A DNA stretch of 32,000 nt from Mycolicibacterium smegmatis (GTDB taxonomy: Bacteria > Actinomycetota > Actinomycetes > Mycobacteriales > Mycobacteriaceae), in NCBI RefSeq assembly GCF_001457595.1, contig NZ_LN831039.1, positions 5,040,001 to 5,072,000 of the forward strand, read 5' to 3'. Positions 1 through 10,814 of this stretch are shown in pieces (the first letter of the stretch is position 1; each line of letters opens with the position of its first letter). The notes below the pieces were generated by a model that did not search any database, was not told the origin of the DNA, and was given only the letters and a program-made list of their open reading frames with translations. The position numbers and the translations under genes are program-made.

Positions 1-109
1 GCAGCGCGTTGAACAGCTCGGGCACAGAGCCACGCGGGAATTCGACGTCCACCACCGGGCCGGTGATGCGGACTACGCGACCCGCGGTCTTTTCTGCAGT
101 AGCAGTCAT
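1..109 (-). CDS. atpD: F1 ATP synthase beta subunit, first 36 codons only (gene continues past the window start)
   Basis: The reverse complement of 1-109 reads ATG ACT GCT ... = [36 protein letters not shown], a typical AtpD N-terminus. It lies directly downstream of atpG in canonical operon order. Confidence 0.85.
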
Positions 110-146
110 TCTCTCTTCGCTTCCTGAAAGGGGCTTGCTTCTCAGC

Positions 147-1070
147 CTATTTCGAGCCGGCCAGCGCGTTGGCGCCGCCGACGATCTCGCTGATTTCCTG
201 GGTGATCTGTGCCTGGCGCTCGCGGTTCGCCGCCAGCGTCAGCGCCTTGATGAGGTCGTCGGCGTTGTCGGTGGCCGACTTCATGGCGCGCCGGCGCGAG
301 GCCGACTCGGACGCTGCGGCCTCGAGAAGTGCGGCGTACACGCGGGTCGCGATGTAGCGCGGCAACAACGCGTCGAACAGCGTCTCCGGATCCGGTTCGA
401 ACGAGTAGAGCGTGCGCGGCCCGGTCTCGACCTCGCCGACGTACTCGACCTCCATCGGCGCGGCACGACGGGCGACCGCGGTCTGCGAGAGCATCGACCG
501 GAACTCGGTGAACACGATGTGCAGTTCGTCGACCCCGAGGATGCCGTCGGCGCCCGCGTCGTCACCCTCGTCGTCGGCGCCCGCCATGAAGGCGTTCACC
601 AAGGTGTCGGCGATCTCCCTGGCGTTCTCGTAGGTCGGGCGCTCGGAGAAGCCGGTCCACGACTCGACCACGGTGCGCTGCCGGAAGCTGAAGTAGCCCA
701 ACGCCTTACGGCCGACCACGTACAGCACCGGGTCCTTGCCCTCGTCGCGCAGCAGCGAGAACAGCTCCTCGGCGCGGCGCAGCACGTTGGCGTTGTAGGC
801 ACCGCACAGGCCGCGGTCCGACGACACCACCAGCACGCCGGCCCGCTTGGGCTGCTTGCGCTCCACGAGCAGCGGGTGGTCCAGCGCACTGGCACCCGCA
901 AGTTCGGTGAGCATGTTGGTGATCTCGGCGGCATAGGGACGGGCTGCTTCGACCCGTGCCTGCGCCTTGGCGATCCGCGAGGTCGCGATCAGCTCCTGGG
1001 CCTTGGTGATCTTCTTGATCGACCCGGCGGAGCGGATGCGCCCGCGTAGTTCGCGCAGTGTGGCTGCCAT
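147..1070 (-). CDS. atpG: F1 ATP synthase gamma subunit
   Basis: 307-aa ORF with [37 protein letters not shown] at the N-terminus and [15 protein letters not shown] at the C-terminus, both gamma-chain signatures. It sits between atpA and atpD. Confidence 0.95.
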
Positions 1071-1077
1071 CTGTTAC

Positions 1078-2724
1078 CTAGGCCTTCTTGGGTGCCGGCT
1101 TGCGGACCTTGACGGATTCCTTCTCCAGGTCCTCGGGATCGAGGGCCTCGGCGTTCTCGGAGACGACCACCGAGCTGCCGTCAGAGGCCTGGAAGCCCTT
1201 CTTGAATTCGTTGATGACCGAGACCAGCTTCTCCTCGGCTTCCTCGGAGAGCTTCTTGGTCTCACGGATGCCGTCGAAGATGTCGGAGTGGCTGGCCTTC
1301 ACGTGCTCCAGCAGCTCGGACTCGAAGCGCTGAACGTCTTCGACCGGAACGGAATCCAGGTGGCCCTGGGTGCCGAGGAAGATCGCGACGACCTGCTCCT
1401 CGACGGCCAGCGGGCTGTACTGCGGCTGCTTGAGCAGCTCGACCAGGCGGGCACCGCGGTCCAGCTGGGCCTTCGACGCGGCGTCGAGGTCCGAGGCGAA
1501 GGCCGCGAAGGCCTCCAGCTCGCGGTACTGCGACAGGTCCAGACGCAGCGAGCCTGCGACCTCTTTCATGGCCTTGATCTGGGCGGCGCCACCGACGCGG
1601 GACACCGACACACCGACGTTGATGGCCGGCCGCACACCCTGGTTGAACAGGTCGGACTCCAGGAAGCACTGGCCGTCGGTGATCGAGATGACGTTGGTCG
1701 GGATGAACGCCGAGATGTCGTTGGCCTTGGTCTCGATGATCGGCAGACCCGTCATCGAACCGCCGCCGAGTTCGTCCGACAGCTTCGCGCAGCGCTCCAG
1801 CAGGCGCGAGTGCAGGTAGAACACGTCACCGGGGAACGCCTCGCGGCCCGGCGGGCGGCGCAGCAGCAGCGAGATCGCGCGGTAGGCGTCGGCCTGCTTG
1901 GACAGGTCGTCGAACACGATCAGGACGTGCTTGCCGTTGTACATCCAGTGCTGGCCGATGGCCGAGCCGGTGTAGGGGGCCAGCCACTTGAAGCCTGCGG
2001 CGTCAGAAGCCGGGGCGGCGACGATGGTCGTGTACTCCATGGCGCCGCCCTCTTCCAGCGCGCGCTTCACGCTGGCGATGGTGGTGCCCTTCTGGCCGAT
2101 GGCGACGTAGACGCAGCGGACCTGCTGCTTGGGGTCGCCGGTCAGCCAGGCCTCACGCTGGTTGAGGATGGTGTCGACGCAGACGGCGGTCTTGCCGGTC
2201 TTGCGGTCGCCGATGATCAGCTGGCGCTGACCGCGGCCGATCGGGGTCATGGCGTCGATGGCCTTGATGCCGGTCTGCAGCGGCTCGGACACGCTCTGGC
2301 GCTGCACCACCGAAGGCGCCTGCAGCTCGAGGGCGCGGCGGGTCTCGGCGGCGATGTCGCCCTGGCCGTCGATCGGCTGGCCCAGCGGGTTGACGACGCG
2401 GCCCAGGAAGGCGTCGCCGACCGGGACCGAGAGCACCTCGCCGGTCCGCTTGACCTGCTGGCCCTCTTCGATCTTCTCGAACTCACCCAGGATGACGGCG
2501 CCGACGCTGTGCTCGTCGAGGTTCAGTGCCACGCCGAGGACCCCGCCGGGGAACTCGAGCAGTTCCTGCGTCATGACCGAGGGCAGACCCTCGACGTGGG
2601 CGATGCCGTCACCGGCGTCGATGACGGTGCCGATCTCTTCACGCTCGGTGTCGGCGGAAAACGAGGATACGTAGTCCTCGATGGCACCTTCGATATCAGC
2701 AGCCGAGATTGTCAACTCTGCCAT
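1078..2724 (-). CDS. atpA: F1 ATP synthase alpha subunit
   Basis: 548-aa ORF with the Walker A motif GDRKTGKT and alpha-subunit blocks ([28 protein letters not shown]). Confidence 0.97.
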   Translation of the reverse strand: MAELTISAADIEGAIEDYVSSFSADTEREEIGTVIDAGDGIAHVEGLPSVMTQELLEFPGGVLGVALNLDEHSVGAVILGEFEKIEEGQQVKRTGEVLSVPVGDAFLGRVVNPLGQPIDGQGDIAAETRRALELQAPSVVQRQSVSEPLQTGIKAIDAMTPIGRGQRQLIIGDRKTGKTAVCVDTILNQREAWLTGDPKQQVRCVYVAIGQKGTTIASVKRALEEGGAMEYTTIVAAPASDAAGFKWLAPYTGSAIGQHWMYNGKHVLIVFDDLSKQADAYRAISLLLRRPPGREAFPGDVFYLHSRLLERCAKLSDELGGGSMTGLPIIETKANDISAFIPTNVISITDGQCFLESDLFNQGVRPAINVGVSVSRVGGAAQIKAMKEVAGSLRLDLSQYRELEAFAAFASDLDAASKAQLDRGARLVELLKQPQYSPLAVEEQVVAIFLGTQGHLDSVPVEDVQRFESELLEHVKASHSDIFDGIRETKKLSEEAEEKLVSVINEFKKGFQASDGSSVVVSENAEALDPEDLEKESVKVRKPAPKKA

Positions 2725-2770
2725 GGTTTTTCGTCTTCCTACCTAGTTCTTGGGTGGTTCGTGGATCAAG

Positions 2771-4108
2771 TCAGTCCGGCAAGCCGGTCTGCGCGGCGGC
2801 CAAACGGGAGGCGATGGAACCGTCGATCACTTCGTCACCGACCGTGATCGACAGGCCACCGAGGAGTTCCGGGTCGACGTGGAGTTGCACGGACACCGGA
2901 CGGCCGTAGATGCGGGAGAGCACCTCGGTCAGACGCGTGCGCTGTGCGTCGCTGAGTTCGGCCGCGGCCGACACATGCGCCACAACCTCGCCTCGCCGGG
3001 ACACCGCGAGTTCGGCGAGATCGATGACGGCCTCGTCGGCGCGCTCGCCGCGGAGCAGTCCGACGGTCTGCGACAGCAGGGCCGCTGCCGTCTGGTTCAC
3101 GCCGGGGCGACCGGTGAGCGCCTTGTCCAGCAGCGCGACACGACCTTCCGCGGGGGTGGTGTAGTCGCTCAGCAGTGCCGACAGGCGCGGCTCGGCGTCG
3201 AGGACCCGGCCGAAGCGGAACAGCTGCTCCTCGACCTCGTCGACCTCACCGGCGATCTCGGCGCGCTTGAGCAGGGCCAGGCGTGCGGTGTGCTCGACGG
3301 CGTCGATCAGGTTCGACTCGGTCGACCAGCGGTTCGACACCGCGGTGCGCAGCAGGTCCAGCGTGGTGGCGCTGACCTTGTCCGACAGCAGACGCTCGAG
3401 CAGGCGCACCTTGGGAGCGCTGTCGTCGGTGGGCTCGGCCAGGTGCTTGTTGAGCGCGGTCTCGCTCAGCAGCAGCTTCGCGACCGAGGCCAGTTCGTCG
3501 GCGAGGTTGGTGAGCCCGTCGGCGTCGAGGCCGCCCGCGACCGAGTCGAACTTCTCGACCAGCGCCGCGAGCGATTGGCGGCTCGCGGCACGCAGCCGGC
3601 TCGTCGCGGCGGTGTCGATGACGACGCTCGACGGCGCCATCTGCTCGAGTTCGCTCAGGAAGCGGTCGACGGTGGCCGACTGTGCCTGCGGATCGGCGAC
3701 GTGCGCCCGGACGATCTCGGCGGCCTTGTTCACGGCCTCCGCGCCGAGCCCGGTGCGCAGCTGACGGATGAGCTGCTGGCGCATCAACTGGATCTGCTGT
3801 GCGCCTTGGGCCTTGATCCGCTCCGCCTCGGAGCCGGCCTGTTCGGACAGCTGCGCGGCGATGCGCTCGGAGTCCTGCTTGGCCTCCTCGGTGACCTTCT
3901 CCGACTCGGCCTTGGCGTCGGCAAGCGCCTTGGCGTGCATCGCGTCGGCATCAGCGAGCTTCTTGGCTGCCTCGGCACTCTCGGCGAGCGCCGCACGCAC
4001 GGCCTCCTGCTGGTTACGCATCAGGGTCCGTACGGGTGGCACCACCCACTTGACGATGATGAACGCGATGACGGCAAAGCCGATCAGCTGTCCGATGAAA
4101 ATCGACAT
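2771..4108 (-). CDS. atpH: ATP synthase b/delta fusion subunit (mycobacterial-type AtpH)
   Basis: 445-aa ORF. The N-terminus has a TM helix plus a b-like coiled coil ([27 protein letters not shown]...). The C-terminus is OSCP/delta-like ([10 protein letters not shown]...[27 protein letters not shown]). The start ATG directly abuts the atpF stop. Confidence 0.9.
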   Translation of the reverse strand: MSIFIGQLIGFAVIAFIIVKWVVPPVRTLMRNQQEAVRAALAESAEAAKKLADADAMHAKALADAKAESEKVTEEAKQDSERIAAQLSEQAGSEAERIKAQGAQQIQLMRQQLIRQLRTGLGAEAVNKAAEIVRAHVADPQAQSATVDRFLSELEQMAPSSVVIDTAATSRLRAASRQSLAALVEKFDSVAGGLDADGLTNLADELASVAKLLLSETALNKHLAEPTDDSAPKVRLLERLLSDKVSATTLDLLRTAVSNRWSTESNLIDAVEHTARLALLKRAEIAGEVDEVEEQLFRFGRVLDAEPRLSALLSDYTTPAEGRVALLDKALTGRPGVNQTAAALLSQTVGLLRGERADEAVIDLAELAVSRRGEVVAHVSAAAELSDAQRTRLTEVLSRIYGRPVSVQLHVDPELLGGLSITVGDEVIDGSIASRLAAAQTGLPD

Positions 4109-4621
4109 CTACTGTGTCCCACCTGAATTCACGTCGACGCCGAGGATCCTGCTGGCCAGCTTGGCTGACAGCCCGTCCACCGACGACTCGAGGCCACTGC
4201 GCACCTGATCACCCTGGGCGGACAACTGCTGGTCCGCCTGGGTCAGGGTCTGGGCCACCTCACCACTGGCTTGTGCACGCTTCTCGTCGACCACCGAGCG
4301 ACCGGCCGCGCGGGCCTCGTCGCGAAGCGCCGAGGCCTGGGCACGCGCCTCGGCCATTTCCTTCTCGTAGTCCGCCTGTGCCGCAGCGACCTGCTCGGCG
4401 GACTTGCGGTTGTCGGCTGCGGTCTTGGCCAGCATCGCTTCCCGCTCGGCCAGCACCTTGCTGATCGGTGGCACAACCCATTTCGAGATCACGCCGAGCA
4501 CGATCAAGAAAATGATCAGCACGGCGAAGAAGGTGCCGTTGGGGATCAGGAAGTTGCTTCCGCCCCCGCCTTCCTCGGCTGCCTGGCTGGCCGCCAGGAT
4601 CGTTGCGCTGAATTCACCCAT
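4109..4621 (-). CDS. atpF: F0 ATP synthase subunit b
   Basis: 170-aa ORF with a single N-terminal TM helix ([27 protein letters not shown]) followed by a charged, Ala-rich helix. Operon position fits. Confidence 0.9.
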   Translation of the reverse strand: MGEFSATILAASQAAEEGGGGSNFLIPNGTFFAVLIIFLIVLGVISKWVVPPISKVLAEREAMLAKTAADNRKSAEQVAAAQADYEKEMAEARAQASALRDEARAAGRSVVDEKRAQASGEVAQTLTQADQQLSAQGDQVRSGLESSVDGLSAKLASRILGVDVNSGGTQ

Positions 4622-4630
4622 GCCGGCGGA

Positions 4631-4936
<306 letters not shown>

Positions 4937-4992
4937 TCAGAGTTCGTGTCGATCGGGTCGTAGGGATTTGTTCGGTCCAGCAGGGTTGCTCG

Positions 4993-5769
4993 TCAGTGGT
5001 CCTCGTGGTCCAGTTCCATCGACTGGCTGAAGTACAGGATCGTCAGCAGCGAGAAGATGAAGGCCTGGATGAGGCCGACGAACAGGTCGAAGGTCTTCCA
5101 CACGGCGTTGGGGAACCACTGGATGTACCAGGGGAACATGGCGATCAGCGCGACCAGGATGCCGCCGGCGAAGATGTTGCCGAAAAGACGGAGGGCCAGC
5201 GAGATCGGCTTGGCGAGTTCTTCGACGATGTTGATCGGCGCGAGGAACGCGACGTGGCCCTTGACAACCTTGATCGGGTGGCCGACGATGCCGCGACGCC
5301 AGATGCCTGCCGCGTGGTAGCAGACGAACACGAACAGCGCGAGCGCCAGCACGAAGTTGATGTCGGAGGCGGGTGCCTTGTACAACTCGGCCGCGGCGCC
5401 GTCGGCTCCGCCGTACTGCAGCGGGAGCACCGCGAGCCAGTTGGAGATCAGGATGAACACGAAGATCGTCACCGACAGCGGCAGCACGAACGGGGCGATC
5501 TTCATGCCGATCGAGCCCTCGATCTGCTGACGCATCTGGATCGTCAGCGCCTCCCAGAACAGCTGCACACCGCTGGGCACCCCGGTGGAGGTGACCTTGG
5601 CCCGCAGGTAGAAGGCCAGCGCGATCACGATCACGGCGGTGACGGCAGTGGCGAGAATGGTGTCGCCATTGAACGTCATGCCGAACAGCTCGAACACGAG
5701 CGTGTGATGGCCGACGTGGATGGCTGCGCCACCCTCTTCAGCGGCCAGCACGGTCGTTGTCTGAGTCAT
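4993..5769 (-). CDS. atpB: F0 ATP synthase subunit a
   Basis: 258-aa polytopic membrane ORF containing the conserved [13 protein letters not shown] motif (essential Arg). Confidence 0.93.
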   Translation of the reverse strand: MTQTTTVLAAEEGGAAIHVGHHTLVFELFGMTFNGDTILATAVTAVIVIALAFYLRAKVTSTGVPSGVQLFWEALTIQMRQQIEGSIGMKIAPFVLPLSVTIFVFILISNWLAVLPLQYGGADGAAAELYKAPASDINFVLALALFVFVCYHAAGIWRRGIVGHPIKVVKGHVAFLAPINIVEELAKPISLALRLFGNIFAGGILVALIAMFPWYIQWFPNAVWKTFDLFVGLIQAFIFSLLTILYFSQSMELDHEDH

Positions 5770-5779
5770 GGAGGTCAGC

Positions 5780-6226
5780 TCAACCCTTCGATTCCGTATC
5801 CAAGACGTCCAGGCCGGTCGAGCGGATCTTCCGCAGGACGGGGATGCTGGTGCTCATCACCAGCAGTGCCTGGAACACCGCCAGCCCGAACAGCACCGCG
5901 ATGCCGCCCGAACTCTTGAAGACAAACGCGATCGCGAGTGCGATCGCGGTGATGACGAGAAGACGGGTGGCCGAGTTGACGGCCATCTTCTTCTTGAGCG
6001 GGTGCTCCTCGGCCGTGATCGATTCGACGGCGCGACGCACGAGGAGGGCGTTGATCAAGCCCAGTCCCAGTCCGATGCCGAAGAACATGCCGAAGAGGAC
6101 GTGCCCGGTGAATCCGGCAGCAAGCAACGCAATGGCGGTGAGTGCGACGCAAACGACCAGCAAGCGCAGTGGCCGGAACGCCACCGACGGGAACACCAAC
6201 GGCGCATCGTGCGCTGGTGTCGTCAC
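5780..6226 (-). CDS. Small integral membrane protein at the head of the atp operon (AtpI-like, position of Rv1303 in M. tuberculosis)
   Basis: 148-aa ORF with about 4 TM segments, a GTG start preceded by GAGGTG, and a position immediately upstream of atpB. Confidence 0.7.
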   Translation of the reverse strand: MTTPAHDAPLVFPSVAFRPLRLLVVCVALTAIALLAAGFTGHVLFGMFFGIGLGLGLINALLVRRAVESITAEEHPLKKKMAVNSATRLLVITAIALAIAFVFKSSGGIAVLFGLAVFQALLVMSTSIPVLRKIRSTGLDVLDTESKG

Positions 6227-6511
6227 TGATTCACCTCAATCCCGCTGTTACGGACGCAGAACCCTTGCTGGGGCATGGCTGCCTGGTAAAACCCTGTGCG
6301 TGCCCGACGAGCGTATCGGAGGGCGTTGGGCGCGCTGGAATCACCCAAGGGGTTAGCTCCCTTTGTCGGTCGTTTTTCGGCGCCGATCGGCTCTACGAAA
6401 TCCGATGGGCCGGGCCGGCAACCCGCGAGGTTTTTCGGGTTCTGCGAGCACGGTACCACATGGTAGGGACCCTAAAACCGCCCCTACTACTTTCCGTCGT
6501 ACTGAATCCGT

Positions 6512-7732
6512 TCACGGCTCCTGCGCACCGTCTGGACCGCGGCGCAACAGCGGGATCAGCGTGACCACGATCGCCACGACGATGGCCACTCCCATGACCA
6601 TCGCGGTCTGGCCCGGATCGAAGAAGATCGTGCTTGCCGCGCCGAACGCGATGATCCCGACCCACAGGTAGATCAGCAACACCGCGCGACGGTGGGAATG
6701 ACCGATCTGCAGCAACCTGTGGTGCAGGTGCATCTTGTCGGGACTCAGCGGGCTGCGGCCCGCGCGGGTGCGCCGCACGATCGCGAGCAGGGTGTCCAGC
6801 GCGGGCACCAGCATGACGGCGACCACCAGCAGGAACGGTGACAACAGTGCGAACACGTCGCGCGCGCCGTAGGCGTTCTGCGATATGGGGCCCGCGGCGG
6901 TGGTCGAGGCCGCGCCGAGCATCAGCCCGATCAGCATCGAACCCGAGTCGCCCATGAAGATCTTGGCGCGGTGGAAGTTGTGCGGCAGGAACCCCAGACA
7001 TGCGCCCGCGAGCACCACGGAGATCACCGCGGGCGGGTAGAACAGCACGTCGCCACCGTGGTCGCGCAGCAGACCCACCGAGAACACGCAGATGGCCAGT
7101 GCCGTGATGAGCCCGAGGCCGGCCGCGAGCCCGTCGAGGCCGTCGACGAAGTTCATCGCGTTGATGATCGACACGGTCAGCGCGAGCGTCAGCAGGATCG
7201 AGGAGACCTGGTCGAGCACGATCGTGCCCACTCCCCCGATCGGGATGTAGAGCACGCTCCACGCCACGCCCATGGTGACCAGCACGCTCGCGGCGGTGAT
7301 CTGGCCTGCGAACTTGGTCAGCGCGTCCAGGCCCCACCGGTCGTCGATCAGGCCGATCGCCATGATGAGCCCGCCCGCCACCACGACCGCGGGCATACCG
7401 GTCGAGTACACGAATCCGCGTGTCAGCGCGGGCAGTTGGGATGCCAGCAGCACCGCCGATGCGACGCCGATGTACATCGCGAGCCCGCCCATGCGGGGTG
7501 TGGGCTGCACGTGCACGTCGCGTTCGCGCGGGTAGGCCACGGCGCCGAAGCGGATCGCGAGCACCCGCACCCACCCCGTCGCGAAGTAGGTGATGATCGC
7601 GGCGGTGAGGCCCACAAGCGCCAGCTCACGCAGCGGAACGCCTGCGCCAGTGTCCGACAGCGCGAGGACCACCTGACTGTCCATGCCGGTCTCGCGGGTG
7701 GCCGTGATCACCGGAGCACCGTACTGCAGCAA
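6512..7732 (-). CDS. wecA: Decaprenyl-phosphate GlcNAc-1-phosphate transferase (WecA/Rfe, MraY-WecA family)
   Basis: 406-aa polytopic ORF with NFVDGLDGLAAG, IFMGDSGSMLIG and PDKMHLHHRLL motifs. It is collinear with my recollection of Rv1302. The start is apparently TTG. Confidence 0.9.
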   Translation of the reverse strand: MLQYGAPVITATRETGMDSQVVLALSDTGAGVPLRELALVGLTAAIITYFATGWVRVLAIRFGAVAYPRERDVHVQPTPRMGGLAMYIGVASAVLLASQLPALTRGFVYSTGMPAVVVAGGLIMAIGLIDDRWGLDALTKFAGQITAASVLVTMGVAWSVLYIPIGGVGTIVLDQVSSILLTLALTVSIINAMNFVDGLDGLAAGLGLITALAICVFSVGLLRDHGGDVLFYPPAVISVVLAGACLGFLPHNFHRAKIFMGDSGSMLIGLMLGAASTTAAGPISQNAYGARDVFALLSPFLLVVAVMLVPALDTLLAIVRRTRAGRSPLSPDKMHLHHRLLQIGHSHRRAVLLIYLWVGIIAFGAASTIFFDPGQTAMVMGVAIVVAIVVTLIPLLRRGPDGAQEP

Positions 7733-7739
7733 GTTGAGA

Positions 7740-8405
7740 TCACTCCGTGAGCGACGTGGTGAGTGTCGCGACTTCCACGTCCAGCACGCGTGCGACGTCC
7801 TCGGCGCTGATCGGTCCCGTTCGCAGGATGCGCGGATCGGATCCGGTCAGGTCGACGATCGTGGACGCGGCCTGCTGTTCGGCGGGCCCGCCGTCGAGGT
7901 ACACCTCGACCAGATCGCCGAGTTGTTCGCGCGCCTCGGCGGCCGTGCCCGCCGCGGGGCGGCCCGAGATGTTCGCGCTGGACACCGCCATGGGGCCCAC
8001 CTCGCGCAACAGTTCGATGGCGACGGGGTGCAGCGGCATCCGCAGCATCACGCTGCCCCGGGTGTCCCCCAGGTCCCACTGCAGTGACGGCGCCTGGTGG
8101 ACGACAAGGCTCAGCGCGCCCGGCCAGAACGCCCTGATCAGCTCGCGGGCGGCGCGGGGAACCGAGTACACCAGGCCGTCGATCGTGGTCCACGAGCCGA
8201 CCAGCACGCCGACGGGCATGTCGCGGCCGCGGCCCTTGGCCGCCAGCAGTGCCCCGACCGCGCCGGAGTCGAATGCGTCGGCGCCGATGCCGTAGACGGT
8301 GTCGGTGGGCATCACCACCAGCCGGCCGCCCTTGACCGCGCTGACCGCCGAGGCGATACCGATGGCGCGTTGTTCGGCGTCGGCACAGTCGAACAGCTGG
8401 GTCAC
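7740..8405 (-). CDS. L-threonylcarbamoyladenylate synthase, Sua5/YrdC/YwlC family
   Basis: Contains the YrdC-domain block GRLVVMPTDTVYGIGADAF...PVAIELL...GPMAVSSAN. The track ORF starts at 8474. I prefer the in-frame GTG at 8405 (MTQLFDCADAEQ...), which matches the homologue N-terminus as I recall it and avoids a 32-nt overlap with prmC. Confidence 0.85.
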   Translation of the reverse strand: MTQLFDCADAEQRAIGIASAVSAVKGGRLVVMPTDTVYGIGADAFDSGAVGALLAAKGRGRDMPVGVLVGSWTTIDGLVYSVPRAARELIRAFWPGALSLVVHQAPSLQWDLGDTRGSVMLRMPLHPVAIELLREVGPMAVSSANISGRPAAGTAAEAREQLGDLVEVYLDGGPAEQQAASTIVDLTGSDPRILRTGPISAEDVARVLDVEVATLTTSLTE

Positions 8406-8442
8406 ATCGACTCCTCGCGCGAGCGCTCGTCGGTCATACCCA

Positions 8443-9288
8443 TCAGCTTCGCGCAATCCGGGTCGCGGTGACAAAGCGGGGGCGACCTGTCAGGTCGTGG
8501 CGGGCGGTGACGTCGGTGAAATTGCCGTCGTGCGTGAACGCCTGGACCGTGCGGGCCGACGTGGTGTCGTCGTGTTCGACGGCGCATTTGCCGCCGTCGC
8601 GCAGCCAGCGGGCAGCCAGCGCCACGATGGGCCGGATGACGGCCATGCCGTCGGGCCCGCCGAACAGCGCGTGTGCCGGGTCGTGCTCGGCGACCTCGGG
8701 GTCCAGTTCGGCGCCTTCGGGGATGTAGGGCGGGTTGGACACCACGAGATCCACACCGCCGTCGAGGTCGGGCAGCAGGTCGGGGGCCGTGACGTCGGCG
8801 GCCAGCACCTCGACCGAGGTGCCCGCGGTGTTGCAGCGCGCGTATTCGAGCGCGGCGGGCGAATCCTCGACGGCGATGACGCGGGCCTGCGGGCGGTGCT
8901 GGGCCAGCGCCAGCGCGAGCGCCCCGGTTCCGGTGCACAGATCGACGATCACCGCGTCGCGGGGAAGTTGTTGTGCCACGGCCCATTCCAGTAGCGACTC
9001 AGTCTCCGGGCGCGGGATGAAGACGCCGGGACCCACCTCGAGCGTCAGCGGCCCGAACGCCGCGGTGCCGACGAGGTGCTGCAGCGGGATCCGTTTGGCG
9101 CGCGCGGCGACCAGGTGCTCGAACGCCGCGAGCGCCTCGGGATCTGGGTCGTCGACGAACATCAGCCTGCCGCGATCGACGCCCAGGGAGTGGGCGGCCA
9201 GCAGTTCGGCGTCGATGCGCGGGGTCGCCACGCCCGCGGCGGCGAGCGTGGCCGTCGCGGCCTCGATCGCGGTGCGCAGGCGCGTCAT
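8443..9288 (-). CDS. prmC: Release-factor glutamine N5-methyltransferase
   Basis: 281-aa ORF with the SAM motif VDLCTGTGALALA and the catalytic NPPY (VVSNPPYIP). It lies immediately downstream of prfA. Confidence 0.92.
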   Translation of the reverse strand: MTRLRTAIEAATATLAAAGVATPRIDAELLAAHSLGVDRGRLMFVDDPDPEALAAFEHLVAARAKRIPLQHLVGTAAFGPLTLEVGPGVFIPRPETESLLEWAVAQQLPRDAVIVDLCTGTGALALALAQHRPQARVIAVEDSPAALEYARCNTAGTSVEVLAADVTAPDLLPDLDGGVDLVVSNPPYIPEGAELDPEVAEHDPAHALFGGPDGMAVIRPIVALAARWLRDGGKCAVEHDDTTSARTVQAFTHDGNFTDVTARHDLTGRPRFVTATRIARS

Positions 9289-9298
9289 GGAAGCCGGA

Positions 9299-10378
9299 TC
9301 AGGCCTGCTGCAGGCGCGACTGTTTGTCGGCCGCGGCCAGCGCGTCGAGCAGCGCGTCCATATCGCCGTCGAGCACCTGGTCGAGGTTGTGCGCCTTGAA
9401 GTTGATGCGGTGATCGGCGATGCGGTTCTCGGGGAAGTTGTAGGTGCGGATCCGCTCGCTGCGGTCGACCGTGCGGATCTGGCTGGCGCGGTCGGCCGAC
9501 GCGTCGGCCTCGGCCTGCTCCTCGGCCAGGGCCTGCAACCGCGCGGCGAGCACCTGCATGGCGCGGGCCTTGTTCTGCAGCTGCGACCGCTCGTTCTGGC
9601 ACGTCACGACGATGTCCGTGGGCAGGTGGGTGATGCGCACCGCGGAGTCGGTGGTGTTGACGCCCTGACCGCCCTTGCCCGAGGAGCGGTAGACGTCGAT
9701 GCGCAGATCGGATTCGTCGATCTGGACTTCCTCGACCTCTTCGGGTTCGGGATAGACCAGGACACCCGCGGCCGAGGTGTGCACGCGGCCCTGCGATTCG
9801 GTGACGGGGACGCGCTGCACGCGGTGCACGCCGCCCTCGAACTTCAGCCGCGCCCACACACCGTCGGCGGAGTCGCCCTTGCTGCGGATCGACAGCGTCG
9901 CGTCCTTGTAGCCGCCCAGGTCGGACGTGGTCTCGTCGAGCATGGTCACGGTCCACCCGTGCCGCTCGGCGTAGCGGATGTACATGCGCGCCAGGTCGGC
10001 GGCGAACAGGGCCGATTCCTCGCCACCCTCGCCGGACTTCACCTCCAGCACGATGTCGTCGGCGTCGTGCGGATCACGCGGTGCCAGCAGGTCGGTCAGC
10101 TGGTTGTCCAGTTCGGCGACCTTCGCGGTGAGTTCTTCGACCTCGTCGGCGAAGCTGGCGTCGTCGGCCGCGAGCTCGCGGGCCGCCTCCAGATCGCCGC
10201 GGGCGGCCTCGAGCTTGCGGTAGCAGGCGACGATCGGCGACACCTGCGCGAACCGGCGGCCCACCTTGCGGGCAGCCCCGGCGTCGGCGTGCAGGGCCGG
10301 ATCAGCCAGCTGGCGCTCGAGGTCGGCGTGTTCGGCCAACAGCGCCTCAATTGCCGGTGCGGTATCCGTGCCGCTCAC
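9299..10378 (-). CDS. prfA: Peptide chain release factor 1
   Basis: 359-aa ORF with the GGQ motif ([20 protein letters not shown]) and the RF1-type PVT tripeptide ([10 protein letters not shown]). GTG start. Confidence 0.97.
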   Translation of the reverse strand: MSGTDTAPAIEALLAEHADLERQLADPALHADAGAARKVGRRFAQVSPIVACYRKLEAARGDLEAARELAADDASFADEVEELTAKVAELDNQLTDLLAPRDPHDADDIVLEVKSGEGGEESALFAADLARMYIRYAERHGWTVTMLDETTSDLGGYKDATLSIRSKGDSADGVWARLKFEGGVHRVQRVPVTESQGRVHTSAAGVLVYPEPEEVEEVQIDESDLRIDVYRSSGKGGQGVNTTDSAVRITHLPTDIVVTCQNERSQLQNKARAMQVLAARLQALAEEQAEADASADRASQIRTVDRSERIRTYNFPENRIADHRINFKAHNLDQVLDGDMDALLDALAAADKQSRLQQA

Positions 10379-10473
10379 CGCCTACTCCTCTACTGATGAA
10401 TGAAATACCTGCTGAAACAGCAACAGCGCCCAAATCTGACGCATATGCGACAGATCGGGCGCCGTTGAGGTAG

Positions 10474-10701
10474 CTACTTGTCCGCAGCAGCCTTGTTGCG
10501 CTTGCCGTAGCGCTTCTCGAAGCGCGCCACGCGGCCGCCGCTGTCGAGGATCTTCTGCTTGCCGGTGTAGAACGGGTGGCACTGCGAGCAGACCTCGACG
10601 ACGATGGTGCCGCTCTGCTTGGTGCTACGGGTGGTGAAGCTGTGGCCACAACCGCACTGCACGGTCGTGTCGACGTACTCAGGATGAATGCCTGTTTTCA
10701 T
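10474..10701 (-). CDS. rpmE: 50S ribosomal protein L31 (Cys-containing, Zn-ribbon type)
   Basis: 75-aa [25 protein letters not shown]...[18 protein letters not shown] upstream. Confidence 0.97.
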
Positions 10702-10814
10702 GGTTCCTCTTCAATCGTGGACCCGGGTCGCCCAAATGCTGTACCGGACGTGAACCGGGACCGAGGGTCAGCGGTCCATTATGCCAGGGCAACCGCCAAT
10801 CCCCTAAACGCGGG

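Noticed and set aside
967-2847. 626-aa plus-strand ORF. The same pattern holds for 2750-4126, 4906-5919, 8735-10396, 10890-12383, 13893-15311, 16707-17819, 17663-18880, 19237-20439 and 20385-22244.
   Set aside because: All lie antisense to strongly supported housekeeping genes. Their products are Arg/Gly/Ala/Asp/Leu/Val-rich low-complexity sequences with no motifs. These are classic shadow ORFs of high-GC genomes.
6227-6511. The 285-nt gap between wecA and the atp operon: small ORFs (for example 6223-6459 minus, and a 22-codon basic ORF) and an imperfect GGTACCACATGGTAGG palindrome.
   Set aside because: The ORFs have no SD, poor composition and overlap other frames, and the palindrome is weak. 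The region probably holds the atp promoter, but I could not pick convincing -35/-10 hexamers.
6393-7574. 393-aa minus-strand ORF overlapping wecA in another frame. Similar Arg-rich alternative-frame ORFs occur at 7708-8193, 8402-8986, 9285-9956, 10804-11850 and 19097-20191.
   Set aside because: Extreme Arg/Pro/Gly content is typical of off-frame translation of GC-rich coding DNA. The in-frame genes have clear family motifs.
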